This document shows, piece after piece, positions 54,989 through 64,000 of a stretch of DNA of 64,000 nt. A model generated the notes under the pieces. The model did no database searches, was not told the origin of the DNA, and was given only the letters and a program-made list of their open reading frames with translations. The stretch's first letter is position 1. Every line of letters begins with the position of its first letter. The position numbers and the translations under genes are program-made. Origin of the DNA: Sedimenticola thiotaurini. GTDB taxonomy: Bacteria; Pseudomonadota; Gammaproteobacteria; Chromatiales; Chromatiaceae. The DNA is taken from positions 2,244 through 66,243 of the forward strand of contig VMRY01000015.1 of the NCBI GenBank assembly GCA_007713595.1. The letters run 5' to 3'.

Positions 54989-55675
54989 TTGAATATCATC
55001 CCTGTCATTGATCTGTTAGACGGCCAGTCGGTCCACGCCAAACTCGGACGGCGAACTGAGTACCGGCCACTGAACTCACCTTTGTGCCAACAGGGTGAAG
55101 TTCTTCCACTGATACAAAGACTCTGTGATGACTTCGGCATGCAGCAACTCTACATTGCCGACCTGAATGCCATACAGGGCAAGGGTGATAACCACTTGAC
55201 CCTGCACCGCATTGCTCACAGCTTTCCTGACCTGACACTATGGATTGATGCCGGCTTCGCCACACCTGATGCCATTCAGACATTACAATCCTCTGTTACA
55301 TGTCGCCCGGTCATCGGTTCCGAGAGTTGGCAATACACCAAACCCTTTGCAAATGACCAGGCTATAATACTCTCTGTTGACTCTGTTGATGGCGTGCTGC
55401 GTGATCTTTCCGGTATCACAACCGATACCAGACGACGCCCGAATACATTAATCCTGATGAATCTCGCCCGCGTTGGCTCACAACGGGGCCCAGATATCGA
55501 TCTGCTTTCACTCTGGAGCAAAACCGCACCTGGCGCCGAACTGTACATGGCAGGCGGCGTACGCCATTGTGATGATCTGTTAACCCTGCAGGCAGCCGGT
55601 GCCAGCGGTGTTTTACTCGCCAGTGCAATACACAGTGGTGCCTTGACTGCTACTGATCTCACTGCATTCAGTTGA
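54989..55675 (+). CDS. HisA/HisF-related TIM-barrel protein of H4MPT clusters
   Basis: NIIPVIDLLDGQSVHA, LYIADLNAI, WIDAG, VIGSES and GGVR; TTG start inferred from homologue-like length. Confidence 0.82.
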   Translation: MNIIPVIDLLDGQSVHAKLGRRTEYRPLNSPLCQQGEVLPLIQRLCDDFGMQQLYIADLNAIQGKGDNHLTLHRIAHSFPDLTLWIDAGFATPDAIQTLQSSVTCRPVIGSESWQYTKPFANDQAIILSVDSVDGVLRDLSGITTDTRRRPNTLILMNLARVGSQRGPDIDLLSLWSKTAPGAELYMAGGVRHCDDLLTLQAAGASGVLLASAIHSGALTATDLTAFS

Positions 55676-56894
55676 CCTGACATGCCGCCACCGTCGACTG
55701 ACCAAACTTATTAAGTAAGCGTTTTCTGTTGGCCGCCTGTGCTGGCAAATTTTTAAACGGATGCAGCACCGGATCAGATCCTGCCGCCTGTTGTTCCGCC
55801 AGCGTACGTCCTTGATAATCACACCAGGAGTTAGTCGTTTCATATAAGCGGATACCACTTAACCCTGGCAGATAGTCTATCAGCTGCTCCCAGATATAGA
55901 CGCAGAGCATCTCCGTACTGGAACGCCAGGCCAGCTCCTCTGCGGCATAGTTAAGATGGTGGTGATCAAACCGCTCAATAATCAGTTGATTAACCACTTG
56001 TTTGAGATAACCATAATCAACGACACAACCCGTTACCGGATCAATTCGTCCAGTCACTTCAACCTGTAATACATAGCGCCCACCATGCAGATTGGAACAC
56101 TTCGCCGGGTGATCCGTTATAAAATGCGCAGAGTCAAACACCAGCTCTTTAGTTACACTCGCCTGCGGTGTTTCAGCTTTAAATCTTTCCCAGGCAGTGG
56201 GTATGGCAATCAACCGACTCTTCAGCAGATCAAGCAGCTTGATACCATCAGCCAAGGTCTGGGTTCTCAGAAGCAACTCATCCGACGAGTCTGATAGTTT
56301 CAACTGTTGACATTGAATATTGAAATCACGGGCCAGCTGTTCGCGCACAGACTCTGCATAGATGGGTCGACTGAACGCCATAAACAGATAGCCGGCATGC
56401 CACTCTGCAACGTGCGCCATATAGACAGCCAGCGCACCAAGAAAAGCGGGAGGCGGCTCAGGCGTGGCCCATTCGTTGACCAGGTTTCGCAACGGAACAC
56501 GCAACCGGTTTTTTGCGACTACGCGGTGAGAGTCGGCACGGTACTCATAATCCTGATGAAACTGGAATCCGTAATCGCTCAGATAATCCAGCGCCCAGAG
56601 CAGCAGATCCAGACGACGCACCTCGCCCGGCACTTCTACGAAAGCATCACGCTCTTGCAGCAGTCCAGACCAGCGCAGACCCAACAACGTTTGGCGGGCG
56701 GCTTCTGTCGGCCTTGCAACAGGGCGGGAATAATTATCAACATGATCAGGCAGATTGATCTGATCACTGTGCAGAATCATATCCAACGGAAGATGGTGAC
56801 GTATGGCATACTCCTGAAGTGTCAGGCTACTGCAGTTAAGCAGATGACCATTATCCAGTTGGTATATTGTTTCACCGCATTCCAGACACTGCAT
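55668..56894 (-). CDS. Fusion protein: Zn-finger-like N-terminus, degenerate LAGLIDADG-like middle, PTPS/QueD-fold C-terminus
   Basis: MQCLECG...HL...LTLQEYA; C-terminal FDSAHF, CSNLHGG, VVDY..LK, FDHHHLN and LYET; GGGAG RBS before ATG 56894. Confidence 0.75.
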   Translation of the reverse strand: MQCLECGETIYQLDNGHLLNCSSLTLQEYAIRHHLPLDMILHSDQINLPDHVDNYSRPVARPTEAARQTLLGLRWSGLLQERDAFVEVPGEVRRLDLLLWALDYLSDYGFQFHQDYEYRADSHRVVAKNRLRVPLRNLVNEWATPEPPPAFLGALAVYMAHVAEWHAGYLFMAFSRPIYAESVREQLARDFNIQCQQLKLSDSSDELLLRTQTLADGIKLLDLLKSRLIAIPTAWERFKAETPQASVTKELVFDSAHFITDHPAKCSNLHGGRYVLQVEVTGRIDPVTGCVVDYGYLKQVVNQLIIERFDHHHLNYAAEELAWRSSTEMLCVYIWEQLIDYLPGLSGIRLYETTNSWCDYQGRTLAEQQAAGSDPVLHPFKNLPAQAANRKRLLNKFGQSTVAACQVN

Positions 56895-56952
56895 AGACAA
56901 CTCCCGTAATGACAAAGGATGTGTGGGGCCCACCGGACCCCACAGCATTCAC

Positions 56953-57465
56953 TTACGCGTGAGCAGCAAACGGATGTTCGTTGGTCGACTTGCCCGCAAT
57001 TACCTCAGCCGGGGTAGGCGTACCAGCAACCGCACGCTTAATGGACTGCTTGGTGGCTTCGTAGTTGTAATCCTGGATCTTGGCATCATCTGCCGCTTCC
57101 CAGTGAATGAATACACCCACACAGATAAACACATCATCCGCTTCATCAGCCGGAATAGTGCCATCTTCCAGACAATCAGCCACAGCCATCGCCACGCCGC
57201 GCTGTGCAGGACCAAACATCTGCACCGCTTGAGTCGCACCTTTGATGGTTACTTTATTGAACATCATGGTGTGCGGCTTACATGGCAGGTTAGGCGCAAC
57301 AACAGCCAGCAACGATGTAAAGCCATCTTTGTTATTCACCAGACCATTACAGAATGCCGTTTCTGCAGCAGAGCCACGCGGGCCCATGATCAGGTCGATG
57401 TGTGCCACTTCATTACCGTCGCCGACCAGTGACTCTCCCACCATCGTTTTATTAATAATTGCCAT
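56953..57465 (-). CDS. fae: Formaldehyde-activating enzyme
   Basis: [34 protein letters not shown] and YNYEATK. Confidence 0.98.
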   Translation of the reverse strand: MAIINKTMVGESLVGDGNEVAHIDLIMGPRGSAAETAFCNGLVNNKDGFTSLLAVVAPNLPCKPHTMMFNKVTIKGATQAVQMFGPAQRGVAMAVADCLEDGTIPADEADDVFICVGVFIHWEAADDAKIQDYNYEATKQSIKRAVAGTPTPAEVIAGKSTNEHPFAAHA

Positions 57466-57489
57466 ATCGGATCTCCTCAGATTATTGGC

Positions 57490-58413
57490 TTATAGTATTT
57501 GCGGTGTTTCGGCCACACTTGGCTTCATCATCCGCGGATAATTCCGGGCAACCCCGGTGTTGTGTATCACCTGTTTCTGCAAGTGATGGATGAATACGCC
57601 AGCAACGCAAAGGTCTGCTGTCGTACCAGGATTTATTGATTGCTGTTTCAGTTTTCTATCCATCTCAATCAACAGCTGTTGACGCACAGATGGTTGATCT
57701 GTTTCGAGGAATTTCTGATGTACCGCTGCCGCCCATCGGCAGACCGTAGCGGCTTGGGTCGAACCCTGTTTACGTTCGATATGACTGTCCTGATAGAGCG
57801 CCAACAGATAAAGGAATAGATCGGTGACGGCCAATACTTCTTCACCATGCTGTTCAATAGCGGTTGCCAGATAGGGCTGAACAACCCACTGCAACTCATA
57901 GAAACCATTGCTGTATTGTCGTGCGATCAGATCTCGTTGCGCAGCCAGCGTCATAACATCAATCAGTGGCAGTGTGGCAACACCAGATACATCCTCTGCA
58001 TCAGACTGACCAAGGCCACCCGGGTTGGCCATTCGGATGGCCGCAAAGAGTTTGCTGCTGTCATCAACCTGAGATGCAGCCAGTACATTTCTCACGGCGT
58101 CCTGCAGTGACAACTCAGGATAATCAATAACTGCCTGAATAATGGGGGCACAGAGAAGAATAATGCCGAGATTGGTATTACAACCAACCGCCTGCTGGGT
58201 CGCGCCGACCGCTTCCAGAATACGCTGACCCAATGAATACGACGGGTTGGTTATAACCTTCGCACTAACCTGTGCACTGGCTAAGAACTGATCGGCAACC
58301 ATGCCATGACCCGCCGACTGATGCGATACATTGCCGGGCTTAAAAGCCGCCACATCCAATGTGCAGGCATGCTGATAGAGATCGCTGATTTGTTGCGACG
58401 TTATCCGGCTCAT
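57490..58413 (-). CDS. CitG-like triphosphoribosyl transferase (Orf7)
   Basis: KPGNV, NTNLGIILL, DSHIERK.G and NPGTTADL. Confidence 0.9.
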   Translation of the reverse strand: MSRITSQQISDLYQHACTLDVAAFKPGNVSHQSAGHGMVADQFLASAQVSAKVITNPSYSLGQRILEAVGATQQAVGCNTNLGIILLCAPIIQAVIDYPELSLQDAVRNVLAASQVDDSSKLFAAIRMANPGGLGQSDAEDVSGVATLPLIDVMTLAAQRDLIARQYSNGFYELQWVVQPYLATAIEQHGEEVLAVTDLFLYLLALYQDSHIERKQGSTQAATVCRWAAAVHQKFLETDQPSVRQQLLIEMDRKLKQQSINPGTTADLCVAGVFIHHLQKQVIHNTGVARNYPRMMKPSVAETPQIL

Positions 58414-59321
58414 TGCATCACCTCACAACGGTGATACCCGGCACATTTGCTTAACAGATCATCAGCCAGTGCCGCTGCAATATCTATGGATATCACCTGC
58501 TGAAGACCGCGCCAGGCAGGGACACTGTTAACTTCAATGACCCACCAGCGCCCATCCACATCACGCATCAGATCTACACCAGCATAATCCATACTCAGGC
58601 TGGCCACGGCACGCTCAGCCAGTTGCTTCAACTGACCTTCAGGTAAAGCAGCATGACAGACACCACCCTGCGCCACATTCGCCAGCCAACCCTTTGTAGA
58701 GCGACGCATAGCAGCGACTGCCACACCGGCAATAACAAATACACGCCAATCGCAGGCCAAGCCTTCAGGCTGTTCGATAAACCGTTGCAGATACCAGACA
58801 TTGTGGATTGCATTGGCATCCGGGAGGTCCGTCTGATTATTTATCTTTACAATGCCCTTCCCTTGCGAACCAAATAGGGGTTTGCAAATTAACGAATGGC
58901 CTTGGGCTATTTCACGTGCCGTAACCGCTTCAGCCATGGAGCGTTCACTACAGACCCAGGTGGGTGGTGTCGGAATGTTCTCCTGAGCGAGTCTCGCCGT
59001 TGTCAGGCATTTATCGACAGAGCGTTCAATAGCGCGGCCATCGTTGTAGACCCGCACACCCAACGTTTTCATGACATGAAGAATATTCAGGTAGAACACC
59101 ACCTGCTGCAATGAACCGCCCGGTATGCCCCGCACAAACACCGCATCCGGCAGACCCATCTCAAACCCGGGCAGTACCACACGTACTTTCCGCACCATCT
59201 CCAGCCGGGCATGCTGCAGAGAGCTAAACAGGCAGGTAACCCCCCTGGCAATAAACGCATCACGCAGACATCGGCCGTGCCAACCGGGGTCATCCGTTAT
59301 AATGGCAACCCGCACAGTCAC
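58410..59321 (-). CDS. RimK-family ATP-grasp glutamate ligase (Orf5/MyfA-like)
   Basis: [28 protein letters not shown] and EVNSVPAW. Confidence 0.9.
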   Translation of the reverse strand: MTVRVAIITDDPGWHGRCLRDAFIARGVTCLFSSLQHARLEMVRKVRVVLPGFEMGLPDAVFVRGIPGGSLQQVVFYLNILHVMKTLGVRVYNDGRAIERSVDKCLTTARLAQENIPTPPTWVCSERSMAEAVTAREIAQGHSLICKPLFGSQGKGIVKINNQTDLPDANAIHNVWYLQRFIEQPEGLACDWRVFVIAGVAVAAMRRSTKGWLANVAQGGVCHAALPEGQLKQLAERAVASLSMDYAGVDLMRDVDGRWWVIEVNSVPAWRGLQQVISIDIAAALADDLLSKCAGYHRCEVMQ

Positions 59322-60301
59322 AACGTCACACCAAACGAGTCGAGCAGCAGTTGTTGGTCTATCTGACCACTGGTAAAACTACGACCCGTATTAATATTGC
59401 TGACAAGGGTACGGGCCGGACTGAACAGCATCGGATCAATTTTGAAAAAGTCATATTCATAGGCCTTGAACACCTCAGCAAAAGGCCGGCCATAATCTTT
59501 CGAGCTGCTACTCGGTAGCGAATCGGCCAGTGCCTCTGCAGCAGCATCATCACCCGACACAAACAGATGAACCTGCCCGGCAAACAGGATGGCATCATTG
59601 GTTCGGCCCATCGCCTGCAGAAAATCCGGGGCCGGCGGTGGTAACGGTGCCGTTGCCATACCGTCGACGATATCTATTAGCGAAAAACCCAGTTCATGGG
59701 CCTTATGCAATGCCACTTCCAACACCCGGGCCACCACCTGTGTACTGCCCGCAAGACTACAGGTCGGTGTTAAAATCAAACGCAACTGCTCAGGGGCAAC
59801 ACCACAATCAGATGCAATCTTTTCGGTTAACGCCAACGGCGGTAGTTTGTCCACTTCCAACACCAACGTGGCGCAACCGGCATTGTCATTCAGTTCAAGA
59901 TGTTCGTAGAGCTTCTCCTTGCGCGCAAGAATACGCCCCGGGCCAGAGCCTAATGCATGAAATGCCTGCTTTCCTTCACCGTGAGAAAGACTCCATCCGG
60001 CATACTGACTCCCCAGACAGGCGATTACCGGGTTGTTGCTGTGAACGGTAATATTGGTACTCCAACCTGACACCGTACCGGCAGCTTGTAGTGCAACATG
60101 ACCTTGTCCACCCATGCAGATCTCTGCAATGCGCCGTCCTGCCTCCAGGCTACCCTGACAGGCTATTCCCGCATCAACCACCAGCACACCGTTATCAAGT
60201 CGTTGCGCTACCAAACGAAGTGAGGCGGCATCGGCAATAAGCGCATCAACCAGCCGCAGCGTGTCTCTATTCAAAGAACCCGTTGAAGTTAACTGCGCCA
60301 T
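59318..60301 (-). CDS. mch: Methenyl-H4MPT cyclohydrolase
   Basis: [42 protein letters not shown] and [12 protein letters not shown]. Confidence 0.97.
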   Translation of the reverse strand: MAQLTSTGSLNRDTLRLVDALIADAASLRLVAQRLDNGVLVVDAGIACQGSLEAGRRIAEICMGGQGHVALQAAGTVSGWSTNITVHSNNPVIACLGSQYAGWSLSHGEGKQAFHALGSGPGRILARKEKLYEHLELNDNAGCATLVLEVDKLPPLALTEKIASDCGVAPEQLRLILTPTCSLAGSTQVVARVLEVALHKAHELGFSLIDIVDGMATAPLPPPAPDFLQAMGRTNDAILFAGQVHLFVSGDDAAAEALADSLPSSSSKDYGRPFAEVFKAYEYDFFKIDPMLFSPARTLVSNINTGRSFTSGQIDQQLLLDSFGVTL

Positions 60302-60302
60302 A

Positions 60303-61412
60303 TCAAGCGGCCTCTCGGGAGGAGGATGCAATAAATCGCGCAATCCGCCCCTTTCTGTCACGCAAGCGTTCAAGAACTTGCGTGCGGTTAATGCCACTCG
60401 CATGCAACCCACAAACAGGGGAACCTTGTTGAACAGATGTGCCCGCAGGAGGTAGGTCAGAGCACCAGGCTGGCCAATCAATTTGCCCTATTGTCAGATC
60501 CTGCGGTGCATAAAAAATATGGCTCCCCCGAACACGACTATTCACTGGTGACCTTTTCAGCACACCTTCACAAGCGGCAATATGTAAACTCACCCCGCCA
60601 AGATGATGTTGCTGGTCATAGAGTTCTAACGTTGCAGATGGTCGTGCGTTGAGATCAAGGAGCTGTACCCGGCCATTTGCCAGGACAAAATCAATACCAT
60701 TGGCACCGCGCAACTGCAGTGCCTTAGTCAGTTTCAATGCGACAGATTGCATTTGAGTGATGACGGCCTGACCAGGATCGAAGTGACTCAATGAACCGGC
60801 ATAGTTGAAGTCACCCCGCACCGTGTCCCTGGCAAACAGTTGATTAATACCCAGTACCTGCACCTCACTGCCGTTGGCAAGAAAGGTTATGGAGCAGATT
60901 ACTCCTGCAATATACCGTTGATAGTAATGTGGCCCTGAGCTGTGACTGCCTGAATTAATGAAATGGACACCTATACCACCACAGCTTCCGGACTTTTTAA
61001 TAAGCCAACCATCGGTCACGGCCGGTCGCTGAAATTGTACCCGCGGATAGGCAATACCGAGATCGTCCAACAGTGAAAACAGTGATTCAGCATCCGCCAG
61101 CAGTTTCAGCGTCTGGTAACTGTTCCCCAGACAACGGCCCAACGGAATCAACTGTTGCAGCTGATCAGGCTCCGCTTCAAAGCCTGCCCCAAAAAGCCAG
61201 GGCGTTTTATGTGAGCGCTGCACCTCAAAACAAGTCGCGACAAGACCTGCCGGATCAGTCTGCTCTGCCTTGATGGCAACATGACATACCGCCTCTGTAT
61301 CCCGGTCAGAAAAGAGATCAACCCCGGTCACTGCGTACCCACTGCGTGCAGCAGATTGTGCAAGATAACGCACACTGTTACCGACAATGAGAAGTGGCCG
61401 ATCCTCATTCAT
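60303..61412 (-). CDS. ATP-grasp protein, COG2232-like (Orf17/MyfB-like)
   Basis: [29 protein letters not shown] and LNARPSAT. Confidence 0.85.
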   Translation of the reverse strand: MNEDRPLLIVGNSVRYLAQSAARSGYAVTGVDLFSDRDTEAVCHVAIKAEQTDPAGLVATCFEVQRSHKTPWLFGAGFEAEPDQLQQLIPLGRCLGNSYQTLKLLADAESLFSLLDDLGIAYPRVQFQRPAVTDGWLIKKSGSCGGIGVHFINSGSHSSGPHYYQRYIAGVICSITFLANGSEVQVLGINQLFARDTVRGDFNYAGSLSHFDPGQAVITQMQSVALKLTKALQLRGANGIDFVLANGRVQLLDLNARPSATLELYDQQHHLGGVSLHIAACEGVLKRSPVNSRVRGSHIFYAPQDLTIGQIDWPAWCSDLPPAGTSVQQGSPVCGLHASGINRTQVLERLRDRKGRIARFIASSSREAA

Positions 61413-61413
61413 A

Positions 61414-62313
61414 TCAGGCCTTACTCCGGGCGACATTCAGTGCCTGCGAGAAATCAAGATAGACAGGGGTTTCGGACTCAATCATCTGCTTCAACATGGC
61501 GCGTTGCGTCTGATATTTCACATTGCCCACCGCCAAGGCACCAATGCCCAATGCTTTCATTGGTGTTGAAGACATCGCCACACCGTTGTCCATAACACCC
61601 AGTCCGGCAATTCCTTCTGGCGGTACCGCGTTAACATCACAAAACACCTGCACCGATTTTGCTGCCGCAAGATGCAGTTCATTCAGCACTTGCACCCCGG
61701 CTTTGGCTGCACCAAAGACAAGATCAGCCTCTGCCAGCAAGGTTGTGATTTCTGCATCCGTACTTCCCGCCGCACCCAGTACCGAAACATGGTAGCGCTC
61801 CGAACAGTAACCGGCCGCCACATCAGCTTTCTCTTTACTCTCATGGCTTACGATGGTGGCGCAGGCACCCGCCTGTGCCGCCAGCATGGCGCAGGTCATA
61901 CCCACAGGACCGGTACCACCAAACACCACTACCCGCTTATCTTGCAACGATTCGCCTGTACGTATCTGGTACTGTTTTTCAGCACAAGCCACCATCGCGG
62001 CGGCCGTGGTAAAGGCACCACTGGGATCGGCAAAAACAGAAACTTCAAAGGGTGGCACCATGGCTCGTTTAGCCGCATCAAGCATGTCCATGGCATTGTG
62101 AATATCACGCCCACCAATAAATATGCCGGTGCGTTTAACACCGTTTGGACCGCGGGAAAATATCGCATCCTGCGTGAAGTCGCCTACTTGCCAGACACCC
62201 AACCCGGTATAGGGAATGCAGTGATTCCAACCGGCATCGACTGCCATATTGACGTCGAACGGACTTAGGTTGGGGACTTCAGTAAACATGTGCAGAATCG
62301 TTTGGTATTTCAT
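61414..62313 (-). CDS. mtdB: NAD(P)-dependent methylene-H4MPT dehydrogenase
   Basis: SPFDVNMAVDAG, QDAIFSRGP, ADPSGAFTTAAA, GGTGPVG and DVNAVPP.G. Confidence 0.93.
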   Translation of the reverse strand: MKYQTILHMFTEVPNLSPFDVNMAVDAGWNHCIPYTGLGVWQVGDFTQDAIFSRGPNGVKRTGIFIGGRDIHNAMDMLDAAKRAMVPPFEVSVFADPSGAFTTAAAMVACAEKQYQIRTGESLQDKRVVVFGGTGPVGMTCAMLAAQAGACATIVSHESKEKADVAAGYCSERYHVSVLGAAGSTDAEITTLLAEADLVFGAAKAGVQVLNELHLAAAKSVQVFCDVNAVPPEGIAGLGVMDNGVAMSSTPMKALGIGALAVGNVKYQTQRAMLKQMIESETPVYLDFSQALNVARSKA

Positions 62314-62316
62314 AAC

Positions 62317-63327
62317 CTACAGTGCTTCCTTCGTAAGCCTATTCGTCTCTTCAATGGCTACCCGGCTCCCCTCATTACAGGCCGCCGTTATCTGAAAACT
62401 TAACGGTGAAAGCTCTCCTACACGCTTGCGGGCCAGTCTCTCAAGCTCTACAGCAGAGGAATAATCTGGTAGTAAAATGAAACCGGTTGGCCCCCATGAA
62501 CTCTGCCCAACACCGGCATAGCCCTTTGACTCTGCCCAGCCCAACAGATCAGCAACCGCGGGACTGGTATAGCGGCCACCCTGTGCAGCGGAAAAATGAT
62601 CGCCAACACTGCGTTGCAATTCGGCAATACCCTGAGCAACAGGATCGAGCTTATGTTCTCTGATACCCGGCAGGATCTGCATCAAGGTCAAGTGACAGAG
62701 ATGGGCCGCTTGCGTCGCAGGAAAGGGCGGCAGCCGCTTGAATGCCTCCACCTCTTGCTTGCCATGCAAGCCTTGCCCGCGCGTATCCATGACCAATAAC
62801 AAGTGCCACTCATCTGGAAACGGCATCTGCACTGTAAGTGGTGGTGGATCACCTTCATCACCCACACCGCTGTCGACCATGAAACCGCCGTAATCAAATC
62901 CGCCAATGCCAATACCGGAACGTCGACCACGCTGCATTTCTGATGCCACTTGCGAGGTACTGGCAGACACGTCAAACAGCGCATGAATGGCATGCCCCAC
63001 TGCCAGCGCCATCTGAGTTCCCGAGCCTAACCCTGCATGATCAGGAATGGCCTCTTCGAGGGTAATATCAACGCCTTCCTCGATGCCAAGCAGATCCAGT
63101 ATGTGGCGGGCGTATCCTGCAGCACGTTCAGCCGCAGGACCACGGGCCGAGACAGAGGGAGCCACCTGCATCTGCAGAGTCGTCCTGAAGGCATCAATAC
63201 TCAGACCAAGACTGCCGAACCGACGCCCCAGTGCACCGCTGATATCGAGAAAACCCAGATGCAATCGTGCTGCCGTACTAACAACGACACGTTGCTGCGT
63301 TTGATGATGTGACCACTGTTCATACAT
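62317..63327 (-). CDS. mptG: Beta-ribofuranosylaminobenzene 5'-phosphate synthase
   Basis: ARLHLGFLD, HAGLGSGTQ (GHMP fold), RGRRSGIG and GQSSWGPT. Start either TTG 63345 or ATG 63327. Confidence 0.95.
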   Translation of the reverse strand: MYEQWSHHQTQQRVVVSTAARLHLGFLDISGALGRRFGSLGLSIDAFRTTLQMQVAPSVSARGPAAERAAGYARHILDLLGIEEGVDITLEEAIPDHAGLGSGTQMALAVGHAIHALFDVSASTSQVASEMQRGRRSGIGIGGFDYGGFMVDSGVGDEGDPPPLTVQMPFPDEWHLLLVMDTRGQGLHGKQEVEAFKRLPPFPATQAAHLCHLTLMQILPGIREHKLDPVAQGIAELQRSVGDHFSAAQGGRYTSPAVADLLGWAESKGYAGVGQSSWGPTGFILLPDYSSAVELERLARKRVGELSPLSFQITAACNEGSRVAIEETNRLTKEAL

Positions 63328-63340
63328 ATTCAGCAGCGTC

Positions 63341-63356
63341 TGCAACTCCCGTGCCT
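63341..63356 (-). promoter_or_regulatory. sigma54-type promoter motif for the mptG operon
   Basis: AGGCACGGGAGTTGCA, nearly consensus TGGCACG-N4-TTGCA. Confidence 0.55.
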
Positions 63357-63415
63357 GCTTTTACAAATTCATAAAAACAGCCAGTTGTACAAGGGCCTCC
63401 TGTTTCGGGTGCGTC

Positions 63416-63459
63416 TGTCATGTGTCACTGTGTCACGGCTCAACGGCGCACCCATGACA
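63416..63459. promoter_or_regulatory. Candidate enhancer (UAS) between the divergent promoters
   Basis: TGTCA at 63416, 63423 and 63431, plus inverted TGACA at 63455. Confidence 0.4.
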
Positions 63460-63523
63460 ATCCAAAAACCCGCACTGCTTTGAAACCAGCCACACCAGCG
63501 CAACACACCCTACGGAACCATCC

Positions 63524-63539
63524 CGGCATAGCTTTTGCC
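63524..63539 (+). promoter_or_regulatory. sigma54-type promoter motif for fhcD
   Basis: CGGCATAGCTTTTGCC with GG-N10-GC spacing, 37 nt upstream of the ATG. Confidence 0.6.
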
Positions 63540-63576
63540 TTGCACAGTTTCATCAATTAGAAGAGTGGTTATTTCG

Positions 63577-64000
63577 ATGCAAATAAATGGCGTCACAATT
63601 GAAGACACGTTTGCGGAAGCATTTGGCATGCGGGCTACTCGCATCATCATTACCGCACTGAATCTGCGCTGGGCCCGCCAGGCGGGAGAGACCATGACTG
63701 GCTTTGCCACGTCAGTGATTGGCTGCGGCGTTGAAGCAGGGATTGAGTCCGAGTTGAGCGGTGATCAGACACCTGATGGGCGACCCGGTGTCAGCGTGTT
63801 GCTGTTTGCCATGTCCACCAAGGATCTTGCCAAGGCACTCGAACTGCGCACAGGGCAGTGCATACTCACTTGCCCGACCACAGCGGTCTATGCCGGCATG
63901 GAAGGTGATGAACGACTGCCTCTCGGTAAAAACCTGCGCTATTTTGGTGATGGCTACCAGATCAGTAAACTGATCAGTGGTAAACGTTACTGGCGTATCC
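63577..64000 (+). CDS. fhcD: Formylmethanofuran/MYFR:H4MPT formyltransferase (3'-truncated; absent from the ORF track)
   Basis: My own translation gives MQINGVTIEDTFAEAFGMRATRIIITA...GFATSVIGCGVEAGIE...TPDGRPG...GQCILTCPTTA...LRYFGDGYQISK. Confidence 0.96.
   Translation, partial: MQINGVTIEDTFAEAFGMRATRIIITALNLRWARQAGETMTGFATSVIGCGVEAGIESELSGDQTPDGRPGVSVLLFAMSTKDLAKALELRTGQCILTCPTTAVYAGMEGDERLPLGKNLRYFGDGYQISKLISGKRYWRI

Noticed and set aside
55668-56894. Intein or active homing endonuclease in the PTPS gene
   Set aside because: No HINT blocks or His-Asn C-terminal splice junction, and the catalytic acidic residues are absent.
57500-57515. sigma54-like TGGCCGAAACACCGCA upstream of fae (minus strand)
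   Set aside because: Spacing is right but it lacks the TT before GC and lies inside orf7; weak.
60301-60481. 60-aa N-terminal extension of Mch in the ORF track (similar extensions on bamB, suhB, iscS, hisA-like and others)
   Set aside because: The extensions overlap upstream genes; downstream starts fit the family N-termini, with an RBS or translational coupling where checked.
41376-64000. attR copy of the tRNA-Leu 3' end and an integrase
   Set aside because: Not seen in the window.

Overview
Gammaproteobacterial chromosome segment. A Chromatiales/Sedimenticolaceae-like sulfur oxidiser is my inference from gene style and is not verified. The window has three parts. (1) 1-7342 is an accessory zone downstream of guaA. 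It holds a cyclase/DMT/GST/NAD(P)-reductase operon and a 3.9-kb islet bounded by a 19-bp duplication of the guaA 3' end; the islet carries higBA, a 750-aa orphan membrane protein and an sdaA remnant. (2) 7324-41375 is core genome: guaAB, xseA, an MFS pump, der-bamB-yfgM-hisS-rodZ-pilW-rlmN-ndk (without ispG), relA, the isc operon with cysE/trmJ/suhB, secFD-yajC-tgt-queA and tRNA-Leu(CAA). It also contains a candidate antisense sRNA between tgt and queA and a decayed sensor kinase. (3) 41739-64000 is a 22-kb tetrahydromethanopterin (H4MPT)/methylofuran (MYFR) formaldehyde-oxidation cluster: fae, mtdB, mch, fhcBA and fhcD, mptG, dmrB-like, mfnB/D/E/F-like, orf5/7/17/19/20 and pabB. It begins with a GAF sigma54 activator and contains three sigma54-type promoter motifs. 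The most unusual items in this cluster are a Zn-finger plus degenerate LAGLIDADG-like plus PTPS fusion behind fae, a divergent pyruvoyl-type (AdoMetDC-fold) protein coupled to mfnB that may supply tyramine, and a PTPS-I/III-motif gene that may feed the pterin precursor. All calls come from reading motifs by eye; no database searches were run. Several start codons were moved from the ORF track to better-supported positions.
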